DNA of 64,000 bases. Origin: Aplysia californica. Taxonomy: Eukaryota. Position 1 is the first letter of the stretch; each line of letters begins with the position of its first letter. The notes under the pieces are model-generated. The model was not told the DNA's origin. It made no database searches and saw nothing but the letters and a program-made list of their open reading frames with translations. A program made the translations under genes and the position numbers. Positions 13,594-27,085 of this stretch are shown piece by piece. Location of the stretch: contig NW_004797501.1 in NCBI RefSeq assembly GCF_000002075.1, forward strand, positions 925,684-989,683, written 5' to 3'.

Positions 13594-13783
13594 CTGGAGG
13601 TCTGGCATCTGTATCACACTCAAGCAGGCACAGGCATCAACGTTGTTTCCTTTTATGAAGGAAATGTCAACACCACCGATATAAAAACGACCACCACCTT
13701 CTTTTCTTCTGCATCCACTGACAAGGGCAGAGATAACAGGTGTGTCAGTCTTGCAAAGCTGCCTTTTGTAATCAATTTGTTCT
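13594..13783 (-). CDS. ENDOV: Endonuclease V, coding exon 2
   Basis: 190 bp; EQIDYKRQLCKTDTPVISALVSGCRRKEGGGRFYIGGVDISFIKGNNVDACACLSVIQMPDLQ (GGVDxSF catalytic Asp). Confidence 0.95.
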
Positions 13784-15794
13784 CTGTAAAAAAAAAAAAA
13801 ACAGCATTCAAGAAATATGAACGATAATGATTTTATATCTATCCCCCCAAAGGCTAAATCTGGCTTAGTAAGCCTGCATACTTCTTGTCTTTCCTTTACA
13901 GAAAGTAAGAACTAAATTCAAAATATCCTTTATTCTCAAACATAACAGACCTGCGATTGGGGAAAACTCATAATCTGTGGGAAATTAGCAAGACCTAATT
14001 TTTTTATTTTTTTTTAAACAAGTTCATGAGACGATCAATATACAGAATATCAACCAAAAAAAACTCCGTGTCTGAACATGAACATAATCATAATATTATT
14101 ATAATGTGTATAAAACATTTGTATGAAAGTTGCTGAAATCTTATACAGGGAGATAACTGCGTGATAACGAAAAACAAAAATTGTTTCGTAGGTGATGTCC
14201 CTTGGCTTACAGTTTGTAAAAGGGAGGGGGGGTTGGTGGTTAATAACGATTAAAATTGTGTTTTGTGTTTTGAATGTGAATCCATATTGGGGAGATTTTC
14301 AATTTAAAAAATACTGAACCATACCTAAAAAGTACCAGTGATCCTTTTTTTGAGCAATCCTTCTATAACAAGATAGTCAACCTGAGCAAATTTGAAGATA
14401 ATCCATCGGTTGACTAAGGAACAACCATGTACATGTAGCTGACTAGAAAATATTTTAGAGTCTGAAAATCTTAGCATGGGCCACTGCACTGCAGTCTTGT
14501 CACTGGGCCAAAAACACTAGCCTATTTTAATTAAAAAACAAAAATCCGAAAGAAGCAAAATATAAACTAAGATATTACACACGTCATAGAATGATAGAGT
14601 TTCATCAAATCTCTATAATATTTGATATGGTTTGATCCATTTGAGGGCAGCCAGATTTTCATTCATGCAGGAGCAAAAGCTATGATTTTGGGAAAAGTTG
14701 ATCAAATCCTCAAAATTAAAAAATATAATATTTTATAATAGTAATGATACTAATGATACTAAAAATGATAATATTATTACAATAAAATTATATATGAAGG
14801 GCACAAGTGAAAAACTAGCGATGTCAGGTTTTTGCAGTTTCCAGATAATTGAAAAACAAACTTTAAAGACTTACAACTCCTTTTCTGTTACAATGATTTC
14901 TCCACTGTATACATTGACTTCAACTTCAAGTAAGACCATTTATGTTAACAATGGGAAATTTTCATAGTCCTTTGTGACATGGGTGTTTCAGAGAGAGCAA
15001 AATAGAAAAATTAGGTAGCAAACTGACAGCGCTGGATTTTCCCATTTAAGTTGTGGGCAAGGTCTCCATCCACTAGTAAGCCTATGAATTGTGAGTTTCT
15101 TTACTCATTTGCGAATACAAACAAAACTAAAAGATTCAAACAAGAAAATTGCACACCATTTTATAATTATATTTACTACTTTCATTTTTATTCTATTTAA
15201 TATTCATTTTTGGATGATGACTCTGAGTCATCAGACTCTTGTGTGGCACTTGGTCCCCCAGTAAGAGGTAATTCGGAGAAAAGCTGTCGGGCCAGAACAC
15301 CTTCATGTCTGTAGACCTATATTTGGCAGCTTTGATGGTCAGCGGGCTCTTATAGAGGGGTATCAGGAACTGGAGTCTTGCAGCCCGCTTCTTTTCCACC
15401 GGCTTCATAATGATTGCGGTGTGAAACGGACAGTTCCAGCTCTCACTATACAGCATTGGCTGTGGATGGGCCTATGAGATGCAGAGGTCAAGTGGGTATA
15501 TGGCAGGAGACCCTGTAGAAGGGTTTAAGATTTTTTAATACATTTTTTAACACATTCTGGAATACGGCTTGTGTTATCCCCACTATCTGGAGCGGCGAGG
15601 GTTTCCAAAGGGCTGTCTCGAGTTGCTCCACCCAACTGGCTGGCATATCTATGCCATGTCTCTGTCGCATTCCAAGCAGCTGTGGCCTCTCACTGGAAAT
15701 GAGTTGTTGGGCAACAACATGACAGAGAAACCAGATCACCGTCTAGTTCTTGTTCTGGTAGGTGCACGAGTTACATTGCTGGCAGAATGTGAAT

Positions 15795-15995
15795 AAGGGA
15801 ACTGTTGCTTTTCTTTCCTCATCCTTACTATCGTCATTTTCCCCTACTTCTTTTGCATGTTTGGCACACTCTTGTGCTGTTGAGGCTAGAGAGGTGAGCA
15901 GAGTAAGCCTGATTCCCAGTTTGGACTTCTCTGTTGACATCCACCCCTTGGCGCTCATATGACCTTACGCAGTTGCAAGAGAGGTAAAACCTTAC
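15795..15995 (+). repeat. Retroposon 3'-end repeat, family B
   Basis: gctagagaggtgagcagagtaagcctgattccc...ggcgctcatatgacc..gcagttgc; other copies at ~51735-52010 and, split by an insertion, at ~49420-49597 plus 51207-51305. Confidence 0.65.
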
Positions 15996-16310
15996 TAAAG
16001 TTTTTAAAGAATTAAAAGTAATGTACCAGCATGCTAGCCACATCATCCCCACCCTTTTTGCCGATTGTCTCGTAACAGTACAGGTGAACTGTTTCATCAC
16101 TAAGAAAGTACATTTAAAGGAGAAGAAAGATAGCTGCTAACGATTGTACAAATTGTTTGCCGACATTTTTGGGCAGCCCAAGTTCTTTGAAAAATCAAAG
16201 GTTAGGGTAGCATGGGTGCCAATGAATGATTTACCAGTTTAGCAACGCATATAAGAACAGTGCAGGGATTCAAGCCTCAGCTCAGTCCGATGTTGTGTCT
16301 TTGGAAAAGG

Positions 16311-17151
16311 CATCATCATCATCATCATTGCCTTTCTCACCCTGCATCAGGGTATAGGCCACGGACAAACACCCTCCACTTTTCTCTATCCTGGGCTAGC
16401 CTCTTGATGTTATTCCATGTCTTCAAACTTTTCTGTACATCCATTTCTGTGATTCTTCTCTAAGTTCCACAAGGTTTTCCCCTTGATCTCTTGCCCTGTG
16501 GGTTCCAATCCAAAACTTTCTTTGTTATGCAGCTGCCTGACTTCCTGAGAGTATGTCCAATCCATCGCCACCGCCTTCTTCCTATCTCATCTCTGACTGG
16601 GATCTGTCTTGTTTTCCTTAACACTTCCACATTGGTGACCCTATCTGTCCATCTGATCCTCAATGACTTTCTTAGACACCTGTTCAAGAAAACCTGGATC
16701 CTCTTTTACAAGTCTGTAAAGCGTTCCATGCCTCACATCCATACAACAGGACCGACTTCACGTTTGAATTGAAAATCCTCAGCTTTGTTCGAAGTGAGAT
16801 CTCTCTGGTCTTCCAAATCCTATCCAAAGATATGAAAGCAGCCTGTGCTTTTTCCAATGCGGGACTTTATTTCAGCACCTGTTCCTCCCTCTCTGTCAAT
16901 TATGCTCCCCAAGATAACAGAAGGATTCAACGTTTTCTAGGGCCTTTCCTTCTATTGTGACCTGCTGCTTTCGTTGTGCATCTGTCCTTAGGACCTTTGA
17001 CTTTCCGGGGTGGATCCTCAATCCAACAGACTCCGAGGCTGTTTAATACTGAAGTCTTTGCTTGCATCTGTTCCTGGGTGTGCGACAGAAGCACCATGTC
17101 GTCTGCAAAATCCAGATTGTCCAACTGTGTCCATGGTGTCCACTGTATACC
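16311..17151 (-). mobile_element. RTE-clade LINE, degenerate 3' fragment (RT C-terminus)
   Basis: GIQWTPWTQLDNLDFADDMVLLSH (FADD motif), RCLRKSLRIRW..RRRWRWIGHTLR..DWNPQGKRSRGKP; trinucleotide (ATG)n tail at 16311-16328; frameshifts. Confidence 0.9.
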
Positions 17152-17537
17152 AGGCACTTTACATGAATTTCATATTTGGCTCAGTCCTTTCGGGGATGGA
17201 CTTAAACTCAGAGGTCCCGCCTTTTAAATAACCTAATACTGTTGACAGGGTGTTAAATCTATACCATTTCACCATTTGTCACTGAAATATTATTAATTGG
17301 TAACAAAGAGAGGCAACAAAGAAAAGTATGCTTTTAACATCGCTGGTTTTTCCGTTGTTTACGTCCTGACATCGCTGGTTCTTCTATTGTGGGCTATATT
17401 TTCTAACCCTCACAGAGGCTGGCACCACTGGTTTTTTCGTACGTCTTAGACGGACTAAAGCAGACCAAGCCAGGCATCATGCCAGGACAATAACCCAGAA
17501 AATGAAAAAAACTGACATCGCTGGTTTTTCCCTTGTG

Positions 17538-17600
<63 letters not shown>

Positions 17601-17758
17601 ATATGCCTTTATAAAATACCTTTAGGTTTTTAAAACAAAATAATATGAAAAGCAGATAATAGGGTTACAAGGTATCTCTCTTGTACACATGATCTTTATC
17701 AAATTCTTCTTCTTCTTTCTTTTTATCTCTCTCTACCCTCCCCTTCTCTTTCTCTCCC

Positions 17759-17820
<62 letters not shown>

Positions 17821-18213
17821 ATTATCTCTCTCTCATCATTCTCTCTCTAGACACTCTGTCTCTGGCTCTCTCTCCTCCCTTTCTTTGTGTGGTTTGTGGA
17901 TCTCTGTGATCTCTCTTTCTTGATCTCTCTCTGTGTGCCTGNNNNNNNNNNNNNNNNNNNNNNNNNNNNNNNNNNNNNNNNNNNNNNNNNNNNNNNNNNN
18001 NNNNNNNNNNNNNNNNNNNNNNNNNNNNNNNNNNNNNNNNNNNNNNNNNNNNNNNNNNNNNNNNNNNNNNNNNNNNNNNNAGACATTGCCTCACATATTA
18101 ACTCCCTCTTCCTCTTTGCTAATCTTCTATTGTAACTCTCAGTTTAATCATAATGAGTCTCAAGAGTAGTATCAAGAGTCTTCAATATTTCAATGCATAC
18201 GATTAGTACTTAC

Positions 18214-18614
18214 TTTTCCCACTTTTCTCTAATATCACTAGCAACGAGGTTTCCTGCTAAACTCCTTGGGGATTTCTCCTTTTTTACAATAGTCCATCCA
18301 GGGTCAGTATTACCTTGATTACCACCACTAGTATTATGACCCTTTGGTTGACTGCTTTTCGAAGAAGTCTGTCTGTCTGCCTCATCATCACTGGAAGATG
18401 TTGAAATATTCATAGAACGATGTGAGTAAAAGTCTGTGGCGGCAGAGTTTCCATGACCAGAGACAGGCTGGCTACTCCCACTATTATGGCATAATTCACA
18501 ATCACAAGGTTCACGTGCAGTCTTGCGCTTTCGTTTCATTTCATTGCAGGGATTGCAATATTCTGATTCAACATTGGGCGGGAGAAGTATCCCACAGTCA
18601 TCACAGAAATCCAT
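18214..18614 (-). CDS. ENDOV: Endonuclease V, coding exon 1 with long N-terminal extension
   Basis: ATG at 18614 (in-frame stop upstream at 18642-18644). The open frame ends WE-aa|gtaagta (phase 2) and joins exon 2 to give IREKWEKEQ, matching the conserved W..EQ start of eukaryotic ENDOV. Total CDS 1146 nt, 381 aa. Confidence 0.82.
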
Positions 18615-19039
18615 CACTTTTGTCTCTTTAAAGAACTGAAATCAGTTGAAACTAGATCTAAGTAGTTCTGCAGTTTCACCAATTTCATTTAACAATTCAA
18701 GCAAAAGCCTTCTAGTTCCTTCAGGGTAAGATGTATTGTTAATGTATTGAGGCCGAGCTAACAAAATTACAAACAACAACTTGAAAGTCACTTATTTGAC
18801 TTTGATGGCATGGACTTTTTGTTGATGTTGAGCAAAGGCAAAGGAAAATGACAAACTGATCATGCTAATAGCAACTGTTGGAATTCAGTGGGAAGAAGAG
18901 CGGTAGAGCTTGCTATATATGGTTAACTACGTTTCTTGGATTGCACCACGCTGCATAAGCTAAGCGAACTTTCAGGTAGAATCTAGTTTCTAAAGAAATT
19001 AGACGACGTGAATTCGTTTCATTGGTACTGCATCATTCT

Positions 19040-19200
19040 AAATCGAGAACCTTTCGTTACTTCCGTAAACAACAACTCAAGAAGGGACGCTACTCTATGG
19101 CAATATGTTGCATTTTGCTTGGTTTCATTTTTTATCTTTTTTTTTAACGAAATTTATTTCAAATTAATAGATCTAGGATCTAGATCTAGATCTAGTAGCG
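19040..19200 (-). promoter_or_regulatory. Putative ENDOV promoter region (ETS-type ACGGAAGTAA at 19057-19066; TCTAGA array at 19168-19196)
   Basis: ETS core GGAAG 10-mer identical to the one at 48510-48519; locally raised CpG; ~450 bp upstream of the ATG. TSS not determined. Confidence 0.4.
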
Positions 19201-20799
19201 TAAACATTTTTACTAAATTAATTAGTGTTTTGCCATAAGTTTATTACTTATTAAGTCCAAAGTTGTTGGTGGCTGTCATGTTGCATTAGTTCTTATCAAA
19301 ACAAACTGACAATACTGACATGCATGCAGTAGAGTTAATCTTTTACAAGTGCAAGCACTGTTGAGCACATGTTTCGCACAGTACAATACCCTCTCTGGTA
19401 CAATATTATATTGTAGATCTGATACTGATCTTCAGATTTTTTGTTCTAAATATTAAGGTTGGCAGACGTCTGTGATGCAATTGTTGTTAGGTAAATCTAC
19501 TTCGCTGTCACTCGCAGGAGAAGCGAGTTCGATTCCTGAGTCATGAAAAAAAAAATGATTATCTCGGGCTTTGTGGGGTGTTGTATCCCTTTCAGTCAGC
19601 CCGGTTTGGCACAAGCAGGCGGTCAGCCTCATAAATTACCTAAATTGTGCCGATGGAAGTGTAAAAACATCTAGATTTTACATTATAAGGAAGATTTTCT
19701 ATTTGAGTTTTTCATTCAGAATTGTTTTTTGGGGGGAGGGGGTGCTAGGGAACGTTCAAATCTTTAGTGCGGTCAAAAATTTATCCTCGATTATATAGAT
19801 CTTTAACAGCTTAGGCGGGTGTATCTATGTCGCCCATACTCTACTTTGCACAGCAGCAGTTTGAATAAATTTGTCTTCACTTTATTCTATTTTTTCCACC
19901 TAACTGAGGCTAGATTTAAACAACTTTTGTTCATATATCTATACTATAATTATAGCACTTCCCACTTTTTACACACATTTTTTCATACATGGATCTACGT
20001 CACGGCTCACCATGGACAATTTTTAGAGGCAAAACTTGTTACAGGCAGCTTATTTTAGAGTGCATCAAAAGTTCTCAAAACATATGCGTTCTTAGCATAA
20101 TATGTCACGATTAGGGAAAGAAAATGACGAACTCGCTTTTAAAGAGTCTAATATAAACTTTCTAAAATCTGTAGAAACACCCAATTGGATTTTTTTTAAA
20201 TTAGTAGGGCCTTCATGTATTCATTAAAGAATTTGCAAGCATACAGCTAACCTTACAAAAATGCTAATCTTTTCAAACCTCTTAATGAGATGCAAGTCAT
20301 TTGTGCAAAAGCTGTAGAATCTATGTTTGGTAGTTAAGGAAATAGTTTGCAATAAATTGGGCCAAATTTTTTTTTACCGCAATTCTCCATTCTCGATCAA
20401 AATCAATGAGCAACAAGTACAAACTGAAAGAAGTCCTAAACAGAAGCGAAAAAACAGGAGAGGGAGGGGTAGGGGGCATGTCTTAGCTTTTGGCAGTGGA
20501 AGAGCAGAGGAGGGCGAGCGAAAAGCAGAATGACACAAATTCTCAAACAAACAAGCAAACAGAAGAGAACGTGAGAACACGTTTACGACAGTTTACGTCT
20601 TTCTGTTGTTGTTCTTAATGAGATAAAATTTGGTTACGTTACGGGCACTCATTATTTAAGTCAGGGTAAAAGTAAACTTGAGCCCTTCAGTCCCGAACTT
20701 AGTTTGTATCCCCTGGTTAAAATTGTTGCCTTGACTTGACGTTATGCGCGAAATACATTATCTTCCATCTGTCCTTTCCCTCTTTCTTTTCTCTCTACG

Positions 20800-20863
<64 letters not shown>

Positions 20864-23800
20864 TCAAACTCACCCATACAGTGGCTTGAGCCCCCCTCCC
20901 CCTCCCAACTCTATCCCAAAGTAAATGAAAGTTGAAACCGTTATGACTGCACGCAGTGAACACAGGGTGATCAACTTGGCGGTTTGCTCGTTCATCCAAT
21001 CACTGTTGTCACCGCGTACAGCTATAGGTACCCAGCAGCCACTCAAATGTCTTTAGGGTTCAGCAAAGGATGATCCCTTTCCCACGGCCCGCCCTGAAAC
21101 TCTTCTTGTAAAAAAAAAAGGTAAAAGACTTGATGAAAAAAGAATACTGTACTGAGAGCTCACGCTCTCCTACCCCTAGCCTAGTGTAGAATTCTGTGCC
21201 CCTAGCCCTGACAATGAGGTCGTGACAGTTTACGACAAACTTTCTACCACTGACACAGATACCCATGCGCTCATTGGTTCTTTGTTGGGTGGTTCCAACT
21301 TTCTCGACCACACAGCCTAATCCAGCTCACAGTAGTAATGTTTGAAGTGCTGTGTGTGGATGTTTGTGTTTGTGCCACTGAGATTTAACAGTTATAAATC
21401 AGGTCGAACTACGTTTAAGGCAACTTTTTCATCACATGAAAATCGATTAGAGGAAATTTGGAGGTGAATCGGCTTCGTACTCACCATCAACAAGAATTTA
21501 ACTAAGAACAAAGAGATGGAAAACAAAAGCAACTCTTCTCATTTGAATGGTTTTCAAAATGCCGTGGCTCATCGTAAGTATAGAAAAATCATCACTGTTT
21601 AGTTCTTATTGCTTGCTATTTGGTGGTAAAGAACTGGAAGCAACCGAAGCCCCACCCAAATTTTGGTCCACCCACCGCCACTGAACCAAGGATTACTGAA
21701 CACACCCAAGCGTGCAAGCAGGCATGGATCTCGACGTGATAATAATTAGACTATTCATTATCGGCAGACACTATGTAATGTAAAGATAATAGTCAGCAGC
21801 TCACTTGTTCGAACGTATTATATTTCATTGATCTCACTTTGCACGGTGCGTATATTTTATCACGATTCAGCGCGTCCATTTCCTTCGTGGATTTTTGTTT
21901 TCAAATTTAGGGTTTTTAAACACAATTTAGAGCTTTCCTGTCAGGGTCGACCGAGCTGAGAGGTATGCCTACCATAGGGCATACATGCATAGCGTCCCAG
22001 CGTAAAAACGCCGAGACACTATTATACTCGATAAGAATTATTATCCCCGAACGGAAATCTGTTAAATCAAATACGTGTAAGTTCATTTGTTATATAAACT
22101 GTGGTGCAGTTTTCAACAGTGCGTTGTTTGCCGGTGCTGGTGTGACATCCTACAGAATACCCCATCAGAGAATCCCCCCCCCCCCCCCCTCCCCAGATTA
22201 AAAAACAACAATCAGCATGACCCTCCCAGACACTGGTTTATGTCATGACTCAGTTAATACCATAAACAAAAATAAATAAAACTCGATGCTGGCCTGTACT
22301 ATCTATATATCTATAGCTTTTTATGTATTTTTTAGCATCCGAATGTTCCGTACTGTTGACTAACGGAAAAAAGGACGCAATTTTATTTATTTTTTTAATA
22401 AAAAGATCACATTGAAATATTTTATCTGTAGATTTATATTTGTGGCGTGGTATAAAGGTTTGCGGTTAAACCATCCTGTCGTCTTTGAAAAGATTACATT
22501 ATGTTGAAACATTGTATCCTCAGAACACTTTGCAGTGATTTTCTAAATAAGTGTAAGCACTACAATTCAAATTATGACACAACAACATACATGTACCTCA
22601 AAACACGATTAGACATCATCCCCACCCATCCCCCTTGCCCTACTGCCCTCCCTCCCTCCCTTCCTCTCCCTACGCCCACCCTCGATCTCTCTCNNNNNNN
22701 NNNNNNNNNNNNNNNNNNNNNNNNNNNNNNNNNNNNNNNNNNNNNNNNNNNNNNNNNNNNNNNNNNNNNNNNNNNNNNNNNNNNNNNNNNNNNCCCCCCA
22801 CGTCCGTTCCACTTATCTTTGCCCACAATATGTAATATGTGGGTGCTCCTTGGTACACAGCCGTACCGAACAGAAACATCTGGTTTACTTGATTTTGACC
22901 CTGAGCGCTGCTCGCATGTCCCTGACAAGACCTAGCTATACCCACTTCCACCCCATCTGGGTGAGCCCGAAATATATGGGCCTTGAACCCACTCACCCAT
23001 GCCCAGCCCATAAGTTTCTGACAAGCCCATGTCTTCCTCACTCACTTGAATAGCACCACGCTGTACCGTACCATGTATAACAAGATGCGTTATAATATTT
23101 ATTGCCTACATTCATTCAAATAATTTAGAGGGCCAGCTGCTTCCAATCTGCTTTTCACGGCCATTCCAGGCACTGTAAGGTATACTTTCCTAGAAAAAAT
23201 AGATAAAATATGAATATGTCCCTACACGGGAACCGATTCAAACGAGGGTACTCCCATCCATTTCGGGCTGACAAAATATAAACGCCTACTTTGTAGAAAA
23301 AAAACACCTGTTTCCTTGTAAAGTCAACCTATATAAAGCCGGGCTATGGAAAGAGCTATAAAAAAAAAAAGAAATCGACCCTCTGGGAAAACTCTGCAAT
23401 TGCCGACAAACGAGAAGAGAAAGAAAGAAAGAAAATATTTTTTTTTTTTTAAGGGAAAAAGAATAATTCATTTTGATAGGTCATACATCATTTATTAGTT
23501 TAAAGATAAAACACAGAAGAAAAAAATGTGATACTTAGACTTCTGTTGATTTTAATTTGACCATTAAAAAACACAAAAAACAATAATATTATATTGTTTT
23601 AGTTTTTAAAAAATAACAGATCTCTTGACAGTGACGTAAAACATCTCTCTGATTCCGATCTTTGCAGTGAGGAATGATAGTCGGGAAACTTTGTTTTCAC
23701 ACGGCCAATTCACGGAAGACACAAAATCATTCTGAAAAGGGGGGGGGGGGGGTATAGTTTGAGCTTGACAAAGCATGTTCATGTAATATGAGCACTTGGG

Positions 23801-23984
23801 ATAATATGTGTAGAACGAATCGGATAATGAGCATGGGAGAGAGGGAGAAAAGGGGGAAGAAGGAACTGCATTTTTGGGCATTTTGAGTTATCTATACCAT
23901 GCTGATCAGTTTGACGAGATCTTTCTTCTCTCAAAGCGAAAAGGTGCTATCTCTACTAGTTTTCGAGTTATAAAATATCCGAGT

Positions 23985-26900
23985 TACGTCGTATCGAAAA
24001 ATCAGGACGTATTCAATCTCACGAAGAGTCGTATCATATCATACGTCACTTCGTGAGATACAATAACAATATACTGCTCTCTCAGTATCAGTCATTGCCA
24101 ATCTCACGAAGGGACGTATCGCTTTCAACAGTGGTTCATAGGCATTGGCATTTGGCCTCTCGCAGCCCTTAAACGTGCCAATGGGCAATCTGGCATGAGG
24201 CAGTGGAAGTTCATGCAGTCATTACGCACGTAGTCTTGAAACTTGTTTACAGAAACTGCGATTTTCTGCTGAAGCTCTTTAAAAACGTGTGCCTTTTGGC
24301 TGATGTTATCTCTAAATGCCAGGGTGCTACTGCGGAGGAGTCTTTTGAGTTTGACAATTCTGACACTGATCCATCATTTCAACCGGGGCTGTGTGAAGCT
24401 AGGCGTTGTAAAGAGGAAGTTTTTGCAGCATGCGATAGGTGTGATGCTCTTTTTTGCTACGTTCATTTTTTGGAGGACACAAATGTGTGTGATCATGGCA
24501 ATAGGAAGAAAACAGCATTGACCAAGAAAAAGAGGAAAAGAAAACAGAATTGACCAAGAAAAAGAGGAAAAGAAAACAGAATTGACCAAGAAAAAGAAGG
24601 AAAACAAAGCAGTGAAAGAAAATAGAAAGGTGCCTGAATCCAGTGAACAACCAGAACATTTCGTTCTTGAAGGCTCACGAAAAGAACATGCAGTTGAAAA
24701 ACATCCACGAATCAATAAGCAAAAGGCAGCCAAGAGAAAATTGGCTTCAGATGAAGATTATTTCAGCCCTTATACAAAGAAAGTCATGCCTGCAAAAAAA
24801 ATGAGGGAAGCCTGCTTAGGTGTTACGTGCAAGAATAGAGCACTAGAGTGTGATACAATCACAGAGTCACTGAGGAAAGACATTTTCCAAGAATTCTATT
24901 CACTTGCAAGCCTCCAACTCCAACGTGAGTTCATTCTGCGCCATGTAGTGAACAGTGACAAGAAAAAGGAAAGCTCACACCAAAGTCGGCGCCAGAAGAC
25001 CAATGTATATTACCTGACTGCTCAAGGAAGCCTTGTTAAAGTTTGCAAAAAACTCTTTTTGAACACTTTAGCCATGTCAGACAGAACAGTGAGAACAGCC
25101 TTCAAGAAATTGACACCCAGTGGAACAATAGAGAAAGAAAGAAGAGGTGGTCGGCAGTCAGCTAAAATTGTTGAAAGAGACACAAAAATTCGAAATGACA
25201 TTGAAGAGCACCTGCGGCGGTTCCCAAGGATGGAGTCGCATTATTGCCGTGCAAGCACTGCAAAGGAGTATCTGCCCCCAGACCTGAACCTTAGAAAAAT
25301 GTACTCCAGGTTTCTAGAGCAGTACCATGGGACTGACCCCCTCCAAGTTTCAGTACGTACAGTCGAGTGTTCAAAAAAGCAAATATGGCGTTCCACACCC
25401 CCATAAAGGACCAATGCTCACTGTGCACAACGTTCTTTGAAGGGGATGAAACAACAAAGGCTGAACTCAAGGACGCATTCGAGAAACATGTCTCTGAAAA
25501 GAAAAGAGTAAGAGAAATAAAGGAGGAATGCAAGCAAAGAGCATCAACGGATGAAACAGTTCTGAGTGCTACATTCGATCTGCAGCAAGTAATCTATCTT
25601 CCCATCTCGAATGAAAGTGCTTTGTTTTACAAGCGGCGCTTCTCCAACTATAACCTGACTTTTTATAACCTCGGAAATGCTGACTGCCACTGCTTCCTGT
25701 GGAATGAAAGCCAAAGCAAGCGTGGAAGCTCAGAAATATCCACAGCTGTGTTCGAAGCGCTTCAGCACTATGACAGTTGTGGAAAAAAGATAGCATACCT
25801 CTTTTCGGATGGCTGCCAGGGGCAGAACAAAAACACTATCATTCCAACAATGTTGCTATACTCTGTGAACACACTTCCAAATCTCAGAGAGATCTCTCAG
25901 CGGTTCTTTGTGACAAACTACGGCCAAATGAGGGGGACTCTGTTCATTGCACTATCTTCTCTGCGATGTCTGCAGCTGGGAACGTCTATGTACCAACAGA
26001 GCTGACGCCCATATTCAGACTTGCCAGAGTAAAGCAGCCTTACACCACGATACCACTTGAGTTCTCTGACTTTTGGAATTTCAAGCAATTGTCACTCGAC
26101 CTGTGTGTTCTGGGAGTTCAAAGAGATTCAGAGAGTGACACTATCAACTGGAACAAAATGATGTAGTTCAGAGTTCTGAAGGAGTGCCCAACAACAATAT
26201 TCTTCAAAACCAGCCATAATGAGTCAGCGTACAGAACAATCCAATTGAAGAGACACACAAAGCAAACCACAGAGAGTTTCACTCTCTTGAAACTCAACAC
26301 AGAACCAACCAAAGTTCCAATGGCTAAGTACAATGACTTAGTGTCGCTGTGCTCTGGCGTAACGCCAGTGGTAAGACAAGCTGATCACAAGGCTCTCTAT
26401 TTTTCACTTCCCCATTAAATTTGACTGAGATATTCTTGGATACTCATAGTGTTACTTACTCATACATCTACATTATGTGAATTGCTGTCCAACATGGTTA
26501 CAGTTCAAATGAGCTAAAACAGCTCCAAAATATGTCTTTATTTGTTCAAATTTTCTTCAATAAACAATTGGTAATCGTAGTGAGATCTCATGTTTTTTAT
26601 GCCATTGTGATTTGGTTTTCTCATTTTGCGTATTATGAAACAAAAATTAGAAACACAGTGTTTTTCCTTCCTGCAATACAAAGAAAATGTAATAATACGA
26701 CACTTGGTGAGATGTCCATTGATGATGGGACCGATGAAGGTATATTTCACGAAGTGACGTATCGGATTTTCTCCCGATTTTCTCACAGGAATGATACAAT
26801 ACTGCCGAAAACAGCATGTGGAGTGAAAATGTACCGCTCAAAGAAGCTTTGATCCAAACCGCATAGATTCCAGTCTTCCGGTTTTGACGCTAGAGCAAAA

Positions 26901-26985
26901 AGAAAAGTGCCAAAAACTTTAAAGCTCTCTCCTGCAAAACTCTAATTTTGCAGATACGACACTTCGTGAGATGACCGACGATATA
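23985..26985 (+). mobile_element. DNA transposon, probably Sola1-like, with frameshifted transposase (24203-26418)
   Basis: Segments 24203-24553, 24582-25406, 25367-26005 and 25930-26418 carry SHYCRAST, FHTPxKDQC, FDLQQ..P, FYKRRFSNYNLTFY, WNE..KRGSSEI, FSDGCxGQNKN and EGDSVH; premature TAG at 26164; repeated subterminal motif atctcacgaagtgacgtatc at both ends. Superfamily assigned from motif memory; left boundary approximate. Confidence 0.75.
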
Positions 26986-27085
26986 NNNNNNNNNNNNNNN
27001 NNNNNNNNNNNNNNNNNNNNNNNNNNNNNNNNNNNNNNNNNNNNNNNNNNNNNNNNNNNNNNNNNNNNNNNNNNNNNNNNNNNNN

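Noticed and set aside
15193-15796. Cluster of short ORFs in the ENDOV first intron
   Set aside because: No recognisable motifs; probably a decayed retroelement body adjoining the family B repeat.
21478-21580. Strong minus-strand donor (gatg|gtgagtac) as an alternative ENDOV first exon
   Set aside because: ATG|gt would be in frame if joined to the acceptor at 18635, but nothing else supports it and a nearer promoter-like region exists; needs RNA data.
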